Positions 8,906 to 17,360 are shown, numbered from the stretch's first letter. The stretch: 20,000 nt of DNA from an uncultured virus (IMG/VR IMGVR_UViG_3300010365_000310) (IMGVR_UViG_3300010365_000310), one strand, 5' to 3'. Notes: generated by a model from the letters alone, not told the origin. Numbers and translations are program-made.

Positions 8906-8932
8906 AAGGGGCCTTGAAATACAGGCCCCTTA
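8906..8932 (+). repeat. Intergenic hairpin element, copy 2 (AAGGGGCCT-TGAAATAC-AGGCCCCTT-A)
   Basis: Perfect 9-bp stem 8906-8914/8923-8931; followed by ATTTTAT and the AAGGAGGT SD. Confidence 0.95.
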
Positions 8933-8949
8933 TTTTATAAGGAGGTGTA

Positions 8950-10107
8950 ATGAGAAACGAGATTAAGTCAAAGAAGGGTGACAAAATAGATCGAGAGTTG
9001 AGGCTTCAAAAAGCGGTCAATATTTTAAATACAATCGATAGAGATAAGAAACCAACTAAAAATGATATTAAGAAAAAATTGACTGGATCTTTGTGTAAAG
9101 AACTTGAATCGCTTTTCATTAGAAATCCAGATGAGATTTCTTTTAAATCTCATAATATAGAAAAACAAGTTTTGGAGCTTTTGAAGCATACATTCTGTAA
9201 ATATCCCGTACCAGAATTTATGTTGCATCATTTTCCATATGTAATATTTCCAGCACCAATACGATTCACTTCTAAAATTGTAGTACCTCTAGAAATTAAA
9301 ACCAGGCATGAAGATGATAACTCTGGTATATATCAAGAAATGTTTCAAATCATCACAACCGGTGGGTCTCTTCGTAAATATTTGAAGGGTACTCTAACCG
9401 CAAAAGAATGTGCCATTTTTCTTACATTAAAAAACAATAAAACAATTGGTTATAATATTTGGTTATCTAGATTGATTGCTTCGGATGTACCAAAGAAATT
9501 ATATGACAAGGTTATCAATAGGTTCCTGAATAACTACAATTCCATATTTTATCAGTTTGATGATCAATCATTATTTCGTTTCATTAAAAAGTATCACTCC
9601 GAGTTGATGCAAGATGATATAGATTCAAATGATATTATAGAGATTTTGGATTATATTCAATATGAAATGAGAAGGAATGATAAATATACTCTTAATGGTA
9701 GAACTTATGAATCAATTAGACGAGCTTCGAATGAGTGGCATGAAGCAGAAGCTCTCAGAAAAGAAGCCGCATCTAATCTTTCTTGGCCAGCCATTGAAGA
9801 AGAAAGTCGTGTAATAACTATTAATGATGTTGATTATAAGTTTATTGAATTATTGAATTCAAGAGCTTTATTCATTGAAGGTCAAACACAAAGGCATTGT
9901 GTCGGTTCTTATGCCTATAGATGCAACAACGGGCAGTGTAGTATATTTTCAATGAGATATCCAGGTGGCCGAATAACGATCGAAGTATCTCATGGTAGAA
10001 TAATGCAAACTAAAGGTAAACGAAATACCAAACCAGATTCACATGAAAAAGCAGCTATTAAAAAATGGGCTGAAGGAAGATATAATATTACCAAGGAGTG
10101 TTTATGA
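8950..10107 (+). CDS. PcfJ-domain protein
   Basis: SNEWHE...LFIEGQTQRHCVGSY...SIFSMR...RITIEV...MQTKGKRNTKP; strong AAGGAGGT SD. Confidence 0.85.
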   Translation: MRNEIKSKKGDKIDRELRLQKAVNILNTIDRDKKPTKNDIKKKLTGSLCKELESLFIRNPDEISFKSHNIEKQVLELLKHTFCKYPVPEFMLHHFPYVIFPAPIRFTSKIVVPLEIKTRHEDDNSGIYQEMFQIITTGGSLRKYLKGTLTAKECAIFLTLKNNKTIGYNIWLSRLIASDVPKKLYDKVINRFLNNYNSIFYQFDDQSLFRFIKKYHSELMQDDIDSNDIIEILDYIQYEMRRNDKYTLNGRTYESIRRASNEWHEAEALRKEAASNLSWPAIEEESRVITINDVDYKFIELLNSRALFIEGQTQRHCVGSYAYRCNNGQCSIFSMRYPGGRITIEVSHGRIMQTKGKRNTKPDSHEKAAIKKWAEGRYNITKECL

Positions 10108-10502
10108 AGATTTCTAAAATTAATTCAATAGAAGCCACGAACCGTTTTAATGGATATCACATTAATAAAATTCTTTTTGATACTCAATTCATATTGATTG
10201 AATTTGATGATAAAATTCTAATATTCAAAGATGGTGAATTAGAATTTGATGAATTCTTTAATATTAAAGATCAAGTATTTATGGTTTTGAAGAATGCTGA
10301 TTTTACTGAAGGCCGCGGTCCTATGCTACCGCATAAATGTTTCAAGTCATTAAAAGATTCAGTTGATTATATCATGAAACAACCCGGCATTTATGGTGGT
10401 GAACAGTCATTGAATATCACATGCGATGTGAATATTTACGGCGAAGTATATGCATATAATAATTTTAACGGGTATGATATTAAAGCCATGAAGGTTGAAT
10501 GA
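10104..10502 (+). CDS. Hypothetical protein
   Basis: AAGGAG SD and ATGA overlap; motif NADFTEGRGPM. Confidence 0.8.
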   Translation: MKISKINSIEATNRFNGYHINKILFDTQFILIEFDDKILIFKDGELEFDEFFNIKDQVFMVLKNADFTEGRGPMLPHKCFKSLKDSVDYIMKQPGIYGGEQSLNITCDVNIYGEVYAYNNFNGYDIKAMKVE

Positions 10503-10921
10503 TGAAGCAACCCTTGAACTTTTCAATAACTGGTGAATACATTTATAATATGGGCAGGGATTTTATGATTGAGGGGCGTTGGACGAAAGCCATAGAACTT
10601 TTTCATAAGGGTTTAATTGGTATAGATTTAGATTTAGTAACCCACTTATGTAAAGGTAACTTGCAGCTAACTGGTAAAGATGAAGTTGAAATTCTTTATG
10701 AACCAGATAAAGAATTACAAGACAAGCTCGAGAGGTACCCTGGGAGTCACTTCATGGAAGTAATCTGCAATCGCTCGAAGACCTGCAAATACCAGAGAAT
10801 CTGCGGAGGGGCAAGACCTCATAGTGAAAATCATTGTGAGAAATGTCCATATGACAAAACAGCTAAATGTATTCCGGTAGAAGAAAGCAAGGAGATGACT
10901 GATGCGCAAGGGAATAATTGA
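10499..10921 (+). CDS. Hypothetical protein with Cys-rich C-terminus
   Basis: ATGA overlap; ICNRSKTC...ICGGARPH...HCEKCP...KC. Confidence 0.75.
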   Translation: MMKQPLNFSITGEYIYNMGRDFMIEGRWTKAIELFHKGLIGIDLDLVTHLCKGNLQLTGKDEVEILYEPDKELQDKLERYPGSHFMEVICNRSKTCKYQRICGGARPHSENHCEKCPYDKTAKCIPVEESKEMTDAQGNN

Positions 10922-11222
10922 AATTTCTCTTAAAAGAGATTGCTCTACTTGCCGTTGGGCTTTGCCATCTCTTATTGCCAAGATATACTGCTCTGAAAAA
11001 AGAAAGCATAAGTCATCATGTAATGTCGGTGGTGGGTGTAATTCATGGAGTGATTTCTCACTTAAAACCGAGGAATTGGAAAACGCCATTCTTAATAATG
11101 TTCGCACTCCATCATGGCATGAACGATTATGTTTTGAAAAAGGTCGTGAATATGAACGGAATAGACTTATGAGACTATTTGAAAAAGAAAGAAAGAAGGG
11201 TAATCAAGATGTTGGAAACTGA
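10902..11222 (+). CDS. Cys-rich hypothetical protein
   Basis: AAGGAG SD; CSTCRW...YC...C...GCNSW. Confidence 0.7.
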   Translation: MRKGIIEISLKRDCSTCRWALPSLIAKIYCSEKRKHKSSCNVGGGCNSWSDFSLKTEELENAILNNVRTPSWHERLCFEKGREYERNRLMRLFEKERKKGNQDVGN

Positions 11223-11727
11223 TACTCACATTTATTTCTGGGGTGGATACCTATCTCAATGGTTTAAATCAAGATTTAACGCATACATTGATGATTACTT
11301 TGGACACGTAACTTTCGAAACTGCCGAGCAATACATGATGTTTATGAAAGCTCATGTTTTCAAAGATAAAAAAGCCATGTTGGAGTTGATGAGTTGTTCG
11401 GATCCTAAGAAGTGCAAAGAAATTGGCCGTAGAGTTCAAGGCTTCGATCAAGAAATTTGGGACAAGGTCAGTTTTGATATTGTAGTTAATGGCAACTTTC
11501 ATAAGTTTCAGCAAAACTTTATACTCTATGATAAGCTTTATGCCACCGGTGATAAGATCTTGGTTGAAGCTTCTCCATATGATAGAATATGGGGCGTCGG
11601 TTTAAAAGAAGATGATCCTAGAATATTGGATGATAAAAATTGGCTAGGGGAAAATCGTTTGGGTAAAGCATTAATGAGTGCCAGAACCATGCTTAAACAA
11701 TTCGGTTCTCCAAAGGGAAGACGATGA
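11209..11727 (+). CDS. NADAR family (YbiA-like) N-glycosidase
   Basis: LSQWF, FETAEQYMMFMKA, KEIGRRVQGFD, KFQQN, LVEASPYDRIWGVGL, WLGENRLGKALM; start placed at ATG 11209. Confidence 0.93.
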   Translation: MLETDTHIYFWGGYLSQWFKSRFNAYIDDYFGHVTFETAEQYMMFMKAHVFKDKKAMLELMSCSDPKKCKEIGRRVQGFDQEIWDKVSFDIVVNGNFHKFQQNFILYDKLYATGDKILVEASPYDRIWGVGLKEDDPRILDDKNWLGENRLGKALMSARTMLKQFGSPKGRR

Positions 11728-12134
11728 AAAAAGAATACAATCCCAGTGATGTATTATTGGATTTTGTGCGACTTACCAATCGAGATTCATCAAAAGAAGA
11801 TTGGCAAAAGTTCGCGGATAAATTGATGCAAGTTATTGATAATACCCACGTATTGCTGGTTCAAATTAAAAAGAAGGAAGAATTCAAAGACCTAGGTAAC
11901 TTTTTATGGGATAGAATATTTTCTATTGAAGATTTATCACGTGAAGAAATACAAAGAAAGCGAGAATTGGATAACGATCTAGAATGTTTCAAACGGGAAT
12001 CAGATAAGTTCATAAAGTCTGAATATGTTAGACCAACTTGTAAAAAGTGTGGGAGTTATACCGATCATTCCTTATATAAACCAACTGACACTGGTTGTGA
12101 ATTTTGTGATTGGGTTGATAATAATCTTAAATAA
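11724..12134 (+). CDS. Hypothetical protein with C-terminal CxxC...CxxC
   Basis: ATGA overlap; CKKC...CEFC. Confidence 0.78.
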   Translation: MKKEYNPSDVLLDFVRLTNRDSSKEDWQKFADKLMQVIDNTHVLLVQIKKKEEFKDLGNFLWDRIFSIEDLSREEIQRKRELDNDLECFKRESDKFIKSEYVRPTCKKCGSYTDHSLYKPTDTGCEFCDWVDNNLK

Positions 12135-12148
12135 GTGGAGCAAAATAA

Positions 12149-12532
12149 ATGTTGGCAGGTAGTGTTTATCTTGGCCTCTTTATAATCTTTGTAATAGTTG
12201 CCTATTCCCTTAGTGAAAGTCACGTATCAGGTGCTGATGGTATTCTGTTAGCATCTCTGATAATCTTAATTTATATAGCCATTGTTTTCTATGACTACAC
12301 GGATAGATTGTCTAAGGTCGAAAATATTAAAGCAGATGAAATTATTGCTCTTCAAGCTCAAATACATGAGTTAGAAAGCAAAGCTATCGCGGCCGGTATA
12401 GCGACAAGGGTGCCCGTTAAAGTAATTGAAAAAACTACATTCATGTTCAACTCAGATATGCTAGCTGAATCACCAGTTGCATCACCTGCAGCAGATGTAG
12501 TTGCTTCGTTTTCTAAAGAAGGTGGGTTATGA
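12149..12532 (+). CDS. Membrane protein (2 TM plus short coiled coil)
   Basis: GGAG SD; two hydrophobic segments; IIALQAQIHELESKA. Confidence 0.8.
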   Translation: MLAGSVYLGLFIIFVIVAYSLSESHVSGADGILLASLIILIYIAIVFYDYTDRLSKVENIKADEIIALQAQIHELESKAIAAGIATRVPVKVIEKTTFMFNSDMLAESPVASPAADVVASFSKEGGL

Positions 12533-12987
12533 CAAATTTAGCGAAATATGGAATATGTCCAAAGTGTAGCGGGGATAATACATATACAATAACCGATAGT
12601 GAAAGCGGTATCGTTTGCGAATGTGAAACCACATGCAAAAAATGTGGACATAAAAATTATTGGGCTCATGGTGCTTATATGGAACCAGCTATAGCACAAG
12701 ATTCTATAAAATTAACAAGCGTTCAACTTGAAGAATTAATTCTCGTTCTCTATGATGATCCTCAAGGATCAAGTTCTAGAAGTTGGAGAGTTTTAGAACG
12801 ATTCATAAAAGAAGGTTTTGTAGATGCTATACCTAAAAGGCTGATGGATCTCATGGACCGCATTAGATTCATTGATGATCGAGCAATATTAGTTGGTCTT
12901 GATTTTGAAGAAGATGATCCTCATTTTGATGATGAGGAAGATTGCGATGATTTTGATCCAGATGAATATGAAAGTAATTCTTGGTAG
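12529..12987 (+). CDS. Zinc-ribbon protein with acidic tail
   Basis: CPKC...CEC...CKKC; tail DFEEDDPHFDDEEDCDDFDPDEYE; TAG stop. Confidence 0.8.
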   Translation: MTNLAKYGICPKCSGDNTYTITDSESGIVCECETTCKKCGHKNYWAHGAYMEPAIAQDSIKLTSVQLEELILVLYDDPQGSSSRSWRVLERFIKEGFVDAIPKRLMDLMDRIRFIDDRAILVGLDFEEDDPHFDDEEDCDDFDPDEYESNSW

Positions 12988-12995
12988 GAGTCAAC

Positions 12996-13298
12996 ATGAC
13001 CATTCTTAAATATGAAGGTGAAAAACTCAATCTCAATCTCTACAAGTACACAGATGGTAACTTAGCAGTGGTCTTGACTTGCGATGAAGGTCCATTTGCT
13101 ACGGTATCAGTTAACTTACCCGAAAGTTCCAATTTGGGAGAAAATACATTCTATGTAAAACATTGGGGGCAGGAGGGTATCATCAAAGCCCTGGTGGATC
13201 AAAACATTATCATCGAGGCTAAAGATGTACCTCCAACCAGAAGTGGGTATGTGGATAACATCAAAGCTTATCGTCTTGTAAACGGGTGTAACAATTGA
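12996..13298 (+). CDS. DUF4313-like protein
   Basis: AGGAG SD; YTDGNLAVVL..EGPFATVSVNL...TFYVK pattern recalled from DUF4313. Confidence 0.6.
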   Translation: MTILKYEGEKLNLNLYKYTDGNLAVVLTCDEGPFATVSVNLPESSNLGENTFYVKHWGQEGIIKALVDQNIIIEAKDVPPTRSGYVDNIKAYRLVNGCNN

Positions 13299-13606
13299 AA
13301 TACAAAGTTATCGTCATAAAGAATTTATGCTTGAAATCACATGGAGAACTTAAACGAGAATGGAATTGTAAAGTAGCCAGGGTTCCGGAAGAACGATTAG
13401 AGCGTTCGGATTGTATGCCCAACCCGTTAGGTTACTATTATTTCCCTGATGATAAACCTATCGAGAAAGCTTTTAAAATATTAAAAGATTGTATGATATT
13501 AGCTCATAAGCGAGAAATCGACAGGCTTGAAGAATCTCTTAAAAAGTTAATGGAGTTAACTCCACCAGACAAAGAAGAAATATTTGTCCCGGGGGTTCTA
13601 TTTTAA
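13295..13606 (+). CDS. Hypothetical protein
   Basis: TTG start overlapping the upstream TGA; 103 aa. Confidence 0.7.
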   Translation: MKYKVIVIKNLCLKSHGELKREWNCKVARVPEERLERSDCMPNPLGYYYFPDDKPIEKAFKILKDCMILAHKREIDRLEESLKKLMELTPPDKEEIFVPGVLF

Positions 13607-13773
13607 TGGCACAATTATACCGTGATGAATGCGGACGTTTAACTAATGTATTTGGTAGCTGGGATACTCCTATTAAGATCTTATGTAAAATATGTAGTGA
13701 TAAACCAAAGCATGAATTACGTAGTGCTATATATCTTCGCATCAACGGCCATAGGAGAATATCAGATGACTGA
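13606..13773 (+). CDS. Small hypothetical protein (55 aa, not in ORF track)
   Basis: TAATG overlap and GGGGG SD; MAQLYRDECGRLTNVFGSWDTPIKILCKICSDKPKHELRSAIYLRINGHRRISDD. Confidence 0.6.
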   Translation: MAQLYRDECGRLTNVFGSWDTPIKILCKICSDKPKHELRSAIYLRINGHRRISDD

Positions 13774-14095
13774 GTCATTTAATAACACAATCTTTGGTTT
13801 CAAACTTGAAAAGGAATATGATACCGTTTGGGGTAGTCGAGCAATATACAATTCAAAAACTCATGACATTGAATTTCTTTCTGATAGAAATGAAATACGA
13901 AACCCGGAAAACTTTGGACCTCTTAAAAAATGGTTAAGTGAAAAGGGTATCAACACCATGAGGAAGTTAATACATAAGCATGGTTTAAGTCAAGATTCTC
14001 GAGAAGTATTAATATACTCAGATGATAAATATATCATTAAGGCGACGCCAAATGGATCCTATGGGTATATGTATCTTGTAGCCCACGCAGTTTAA
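13766..14095 (+). CDS. CbeA/YeeU/YagB-like (type IV antitoxin-like) protein
   Basis: AGGAG SD before ATG 13766; WGSRAIY...IEFLSDR and IKATPNGSYGYMYLVA resemble the recalled YeeU motifs GARLV...LHYLADR and CEADTLGSCGYVYLAV. Confidence 0.6.
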   Translation: MTESFNNTIFGFKLEKEYDTVWGSRAIYNSKTHDIEFLSDRNEIRNPENFGPLKKWLSEKGINTMRKLIHKHGLSQDSREVLIYSDDKYIIKATPNGSYGYMYLVAHAV

Positions 14096-14136
14096 TTAGT
14101 CCCTCAGCTCTATTCTGGAGCTTTATTCATACGTTT

Positions 14137-14176
14137 TGGGGTCGGGTGCATTAATTTGTGCTCGACCCCATTTTTT
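14137..14176 (+). terminator. Intrinsic terminator, UUAAUU loop
   Basis: 14-bp stem TGGGGTCGGGTGCA/TGTGCTCGACCCCA (3 G-U pairs), loop TTAATT, then T6. Confidence 0.85.
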
Positions 14177-14191
14177 AACGTGGAGGTGCTC

Positions 14192-14434
14192 ATGTTCTGG
14201 ATATTAGCATCAATTTTGTATATTATGATTGGGTGTTTAATAGTTGCATTTATCGTGTGGCTTAACAAGGATCCTAAAGATAGAGAATGGCCTCATGATG
14301 AAACTAAAAATGAAGATTTGGTAATGAGTGCCATTATCTGGCCTCTAATACTTATACTTATACCAATAATCATGGACGAAACGAAAGAACATGGCTGTTC
14401 TTGTGCGTGCCCGATGTGTGAGAAAGATGATTAA
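14192..14434 (+). CDS. Small 2-TM membrane protein
   Basis: GGAGGT SD; two hydrophobic helices; IIWPLIL; C-terminal CSCACPMC. Confidence 0.8.
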   Translation: MFWILASILYIMIGCLIVAFIVWLNKDPKDREWPHDETKNEDLVMSAIIWPLILILIPIIMDETKEHGCSCACPMCEKDD

Positions 14435-14436
14435 AG

Positions 14437-14667
14437 ATGAAAGTTCAAGTGGCTAAATGCATCAAAGTTTTTAATGGTATTGAAACTGGTGACGGGTTTA
14501 ATTTAATACCGGACCATGAATATGATGTTTCATTGAATGACAGTGGTAGTCTAACACTCTTTCATAAGAATGGTTGGTTTACTCTAGGAGACGGGTGGGA
14601 AAAATACCTTAAATTGATTGATAAGGAGTCCCCAGTTGATTATGGATATACCATTAAGCATGACTGA
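14437..14667 (+). CDS. Hypothetical protein
   Basis: 76 aa ORF in a tightly packed run. Confidence 0.7.
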   Translation: MKVQVAKCIKVFNGIETGDGFNLIPDHEYDVSLNDSGSLTLFHKNGWFTLGDGWEKYLKLIDKESPVDYGYTIKHD

Positions 14668-14824
14668 ACTTGATATTAAATTGTGTAAATTTTGCATAGC
14701 AACAGACTTTGGTCTTAGGAAAGTGAACACCGGACCGCATGACCTATGTGAAGGTAGATTCTGCGAAGAAGCATATTCAAATTACTTAGAAGATTTTCAA
14801 AGCAAAAAGGATGACGTCGAATGA
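14660..14824 (+). CDS. Small Cys-rich protein
   Basis: ATG 14660; LCKFC...LCEGRFCEEAY; ATGA overlap downstream. Confidence 0.65.
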   Translation: MTELDIKLCKFCIATDFGLRKVNTGPHDLCEGRFCEEAYSNYLEDFQSKKDDVE

Positions 14825-15282
14825 ATTCACCAGCTAAATGGAGAGAAAAAGAGTTCAATCATTGGCAATATTATGCACCTGGTTATGCCGTGTATGCTGA
14901 TGTTCGTAAAATCAAAAATGAACTTGATAAAGATGTGTTTAGCTATAATGTCAGATGTATGTTTGGTTTCGAAGTTGATGGCAACTTTCCAAGTGGACGA
15001 GCCAAAGATCTTGAATCAGCTAAACGTATTGTAGAAGCAATATGTTCCGGAACTAATACGTGTGAAAAATTAAATCCAACGGATCCGGAACGTCAATCAT
15101 CTGAACTAGAATGCATTAAGAATGAGTTGGACCAATATACTAAAGAAGTTAAAGCAATCTTGGATTATTGTGGTCGATATACAATAAGAGCATCCGAAGG
15201 GGACTTAGCTTCTTTGGCAATAACCACGGTAAAAATGAAAGATCTATTAGATAAGCACGAAAAGGAGACTGAAAAGCTATGA
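14821..15282 (+). CDS. Hypothetical protein
   Basis: 153 aa; ATGA coupling. Confidence 0.78.
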   Translation: MNSPAKWREKEFNHWQYYAPGYAVYADVRKIKNELDKDVFSYNVRCMFGFEVDGNFPSGRAKDLESAKRIVEAICSGTNTCEKLNPTDPERQSSELECIKNELDQYTKEVKAILDYCGRYTIRASEGDLASLAITTVKMKDLLDKHEKETEKL

Positions 15283-15323
15283 TCCGTATTCAGAATGATA
15301 GCACATGCGGTGGTTCTATATGA
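15279..15323 (+). CDS. 14-aa bridging mini-ORF (MIRIQNDSTCGGSI)
   Basis: AAGGAG upstream; ATGA overlaps at both ends (15279-15282 and 15320-15323). Confidence 0.4.
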   Translation: MIRIQNDSTCGGSI

Positions 15324-15568
15324 AACCAGTCTTCATGTGTGAAATATGTGGAACAATTCATAGCACCGAAACAGATGCTAAATATTGTGAAACCAAACAT
15401 CCGGATAAGGATACTATGAAAATTGTTTCGATTAATTACTTTCAATTATTGACTGATCCAAACCATATGCATATTAAAGTGCCAAGAAAAATAACGATAA
15501 GGTTTTCAGATAGATTCGATGATTATGCAACTTATGTTTTTGAACGATACGGGCCCAAAGGTATGTGA
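15320..15568 (+). CDS. Zinc-finger protein (CxxC...C...H)
   Basis: FMCEICGTIH...CETKH. Confidence 0.72.
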   Translation: MKPVFMCEICGTIHSTETDAKYCETKHPDKDTMKIVSINYFQLLTDPNHMHIKVPRKITIRFSDRFDDYATYVFERYGPKGM

Positions 15569-15569
15569 C

Positions 15570-16007
15570 ATGGGTATGTACACTAAATTGTATTTTCATG
15601 GTGTCATTAAAAAAGAATTAAGAGTGATATTTAAAGACATTGCGTTAGATGGTCAATGGGCTAATTCTAAAGATGAAGTCTTTTCAAAATTTGGTAAGAT
15701 CTCAAGAGCTTCACACATACCATGCGGTTCCCCTTGGTTATGTTCTCGCGATTGGCATTTTACTAAACTAGAAAATGAAGATAATAGAATTTATGATGAG
15801 ACTACTGGTCTTTGGAAGTTTTATTGTGCGCTTAAGGATTATGAATCAACCATAAAAAACTTCTTAGAAATAATACCATATTTCACCGAAACTTTAATTT
15901 CATGTCAAACCCATTATGAAGAAGATTTTTACGAAACTGAGTATGAACTAATTGATGGTAAATTAACTAAGGTAGAGAAAGAAGAGGAAGACCCTGATGC
16001 TTATTGA
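15570..16007 (+). CDS. Phage-type hypothetical protein
   Basis: AAGGT SD; MGMYTKLYF...LKDYESTIKNFL...HYEE. Confidence 0.78.
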   Translation: MGMYTKLYFHGVIKKELRVIFKDIALDGQWANSKDEVFSKFGKISRASHIPCGSPWLCSRDWHFTKLENEDNRIYDETTGLWKFYCALKDYESTIKNFLEIIPYFTETLISCQTHYEEDFYETEYELIDGKLTKVEKEEEDPDAY

Positions 16008-16422
16008 TCCAACATTCAAAACGATTGATCCATCTCTCGGAGTAATTTTGGTATTGTTGTCAAATGAAGAAGATATACACCCTAAGAAATTGATGACAGG
16101 TGTGTATGAAATATCCCATTTTAATTTTGAGGCATTCTTAAATGATGATTTTGAAATGTATACCCAAGGGGTTTGCGACAATCTAAAACAGGTTTTGGAA
16201 TTTCATAAAGAAGATATAGAAAAGAATTATGTGTGTATATCTTTGGTCAAAGTAGAGAAGTATGAACAACCAGAAGAAGGAGGTTGGAGATGGCATAAAT
16301 GGGGCAGATATATCGGTAAACACAAGCCCAAATATGAATACCTTTATGATGAAGAAGGTATTGATTGTGTGTATTGCTATAAAATCATGAGATCAAAAAC
16401 CCAGGTGAAACATGTTTCCTAG
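15997..16422 (+). CDS. Phage-type hypothetical protein
   Basis: GAGGA SD; GVCDN...GGWRWHKWGRYIG...YEYLYDEEGID. Confidence 0.82.
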   Translation: MLIDPTFKTIDPSLGVILVLLSNEEDIHPKKLMTGVYEISHFNFEAFLNDDFEMYTQGVCDNLKQVLEFHKEDIEKNYVCISLVKVEKYEQPEEGGWRWHKWGRYIGKHKPKYEYLYDEEGIDCVYCYKIMRSKTQVKHVS

Positions 16423-16669
16423 AAATGCTAACTTCATAGTAAAATTACGTTATAATAAATTCATTCAAGGCAATAAAGAGTATGCACTATATGTAATTTT
16501 AGGTAAAGGTGATCCATGGGTTGTGCATACATGGATTAAGAAACCAACCGAAAAAGAAGTTAATGAAATTATTGAAATTGTATGTAGATCCTTTGAGATT
16601 TATCATAATTCTATAAGAATACCAGACTATAATGTCAAAGTTGATTCTATAATAATAGATGCGGAGTAA
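16412..16669 (+). CDS. Hypothetical protein
   Basis: AGGTG SD; 85 aa. Confidence 0.72.
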   Translation: MFPRNANFIVKLRYNKFIQGNKEYALYVILGKGDPWVVHTWIKKPTEKEVNEIIEIVCRSFEIYHNSIRIPDYNVKVDSIIIDAE

Positions 16670-16673
16670 TACC

Positions 16674-17063
16674 ATGGCTAAATTCACCACTTTCAAAAAA
16701 GATAACATCAAAGAAATAAGAGATGCCATTCAAACTAAGTTAAATGAACTTAAAGAAATTGGATTAAATGCAGCTTTAGGTAACATCAAATTCGATGCTT
16801 ATTCACTTACATCTCCAATCACCGCAACAATTGAAGGCGGTAAAAGTCAATATGAGATTGAATTTCTTAAACGATATTATTCACATTGTTTTAAAGGTGA
16901 TGAGGTTGGTAAAGAATTCATCAGATGTGGACATGAGTATAAATTCTTGGGGTTTGTGCCCAGAGCTAGAACCCTAATTGCTTTAATAGAAGATATCCGA
17001 AGTAATAAAAAATTCAGAATAGATGCCAGTGAGGCATTAAGATTTTTGTCAACCGGAGTGTGA
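16674..17063 (+). CDS. Phage-type hypothetical protein
   Basis: GGAG SD before ATG 16674; MAKFTTFKKDNIKEIR...LGNIKFD. Confidence 0.8.
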   Translation: MAKFTTFKKDNIKEIRDAIQTKLNELKEIGLNAALGNIKFDAYSLTSPITATIEGGKSQYEIEFLKRYYSHCFKGDEVGKEFIRCGHEYKFLGFVPRARTLIALIEDIRSNKKFRIDASEALRFLSTGV

Positions 17064-17068
17064 TAACC

Positions 17069-17351
17069 ATGAACCTCAGACCATACCTGATTCAACGTCT
17101 CGAAAAACCCAAATCATATCTTAACCCGTTTTCATTTGGCGGGGGCCTTAAATTTGGACTCTCTCATAAAACGAGCAGCAGCAACCAAATTGGTTTTTGG
17201 AAAATCAGAGTTTACATCACCATATCATGTTTATATTAAAAGAGCGCTGGAACTGGGTATGAATGATATTCAAATGAAAGAAATTGAAGACATATCCTGG
17301 GATGACTATCCTGATATTAAAAAAGAATATTTCAAAGAATATAATTGGTAA
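17069..17351 (+). pseudogene. Frame-split gene or remnant: ORF 17069-17239 overlaps a +1-frame ORF ending at 17351
   Basis: GGAG SD plus ATG gives MNLRPYLIQRLEKPKSYLNPFSFGGGLKFG... (56 aa); the +1 frame is open 17091-17351 but has only a TTG start without a clear SD. Confidence 0.45.
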
Positions 17352-17360
17352 GGAGACTTT

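Noticed and set aside
505..15086. At least eight GGATCC sites and frequent GATC
   Set aside because: They fall in coding sequence and can be explained by Asp-Pro/Gly-Ser codons; enrichment cannot be claimed without a codon-aware count.
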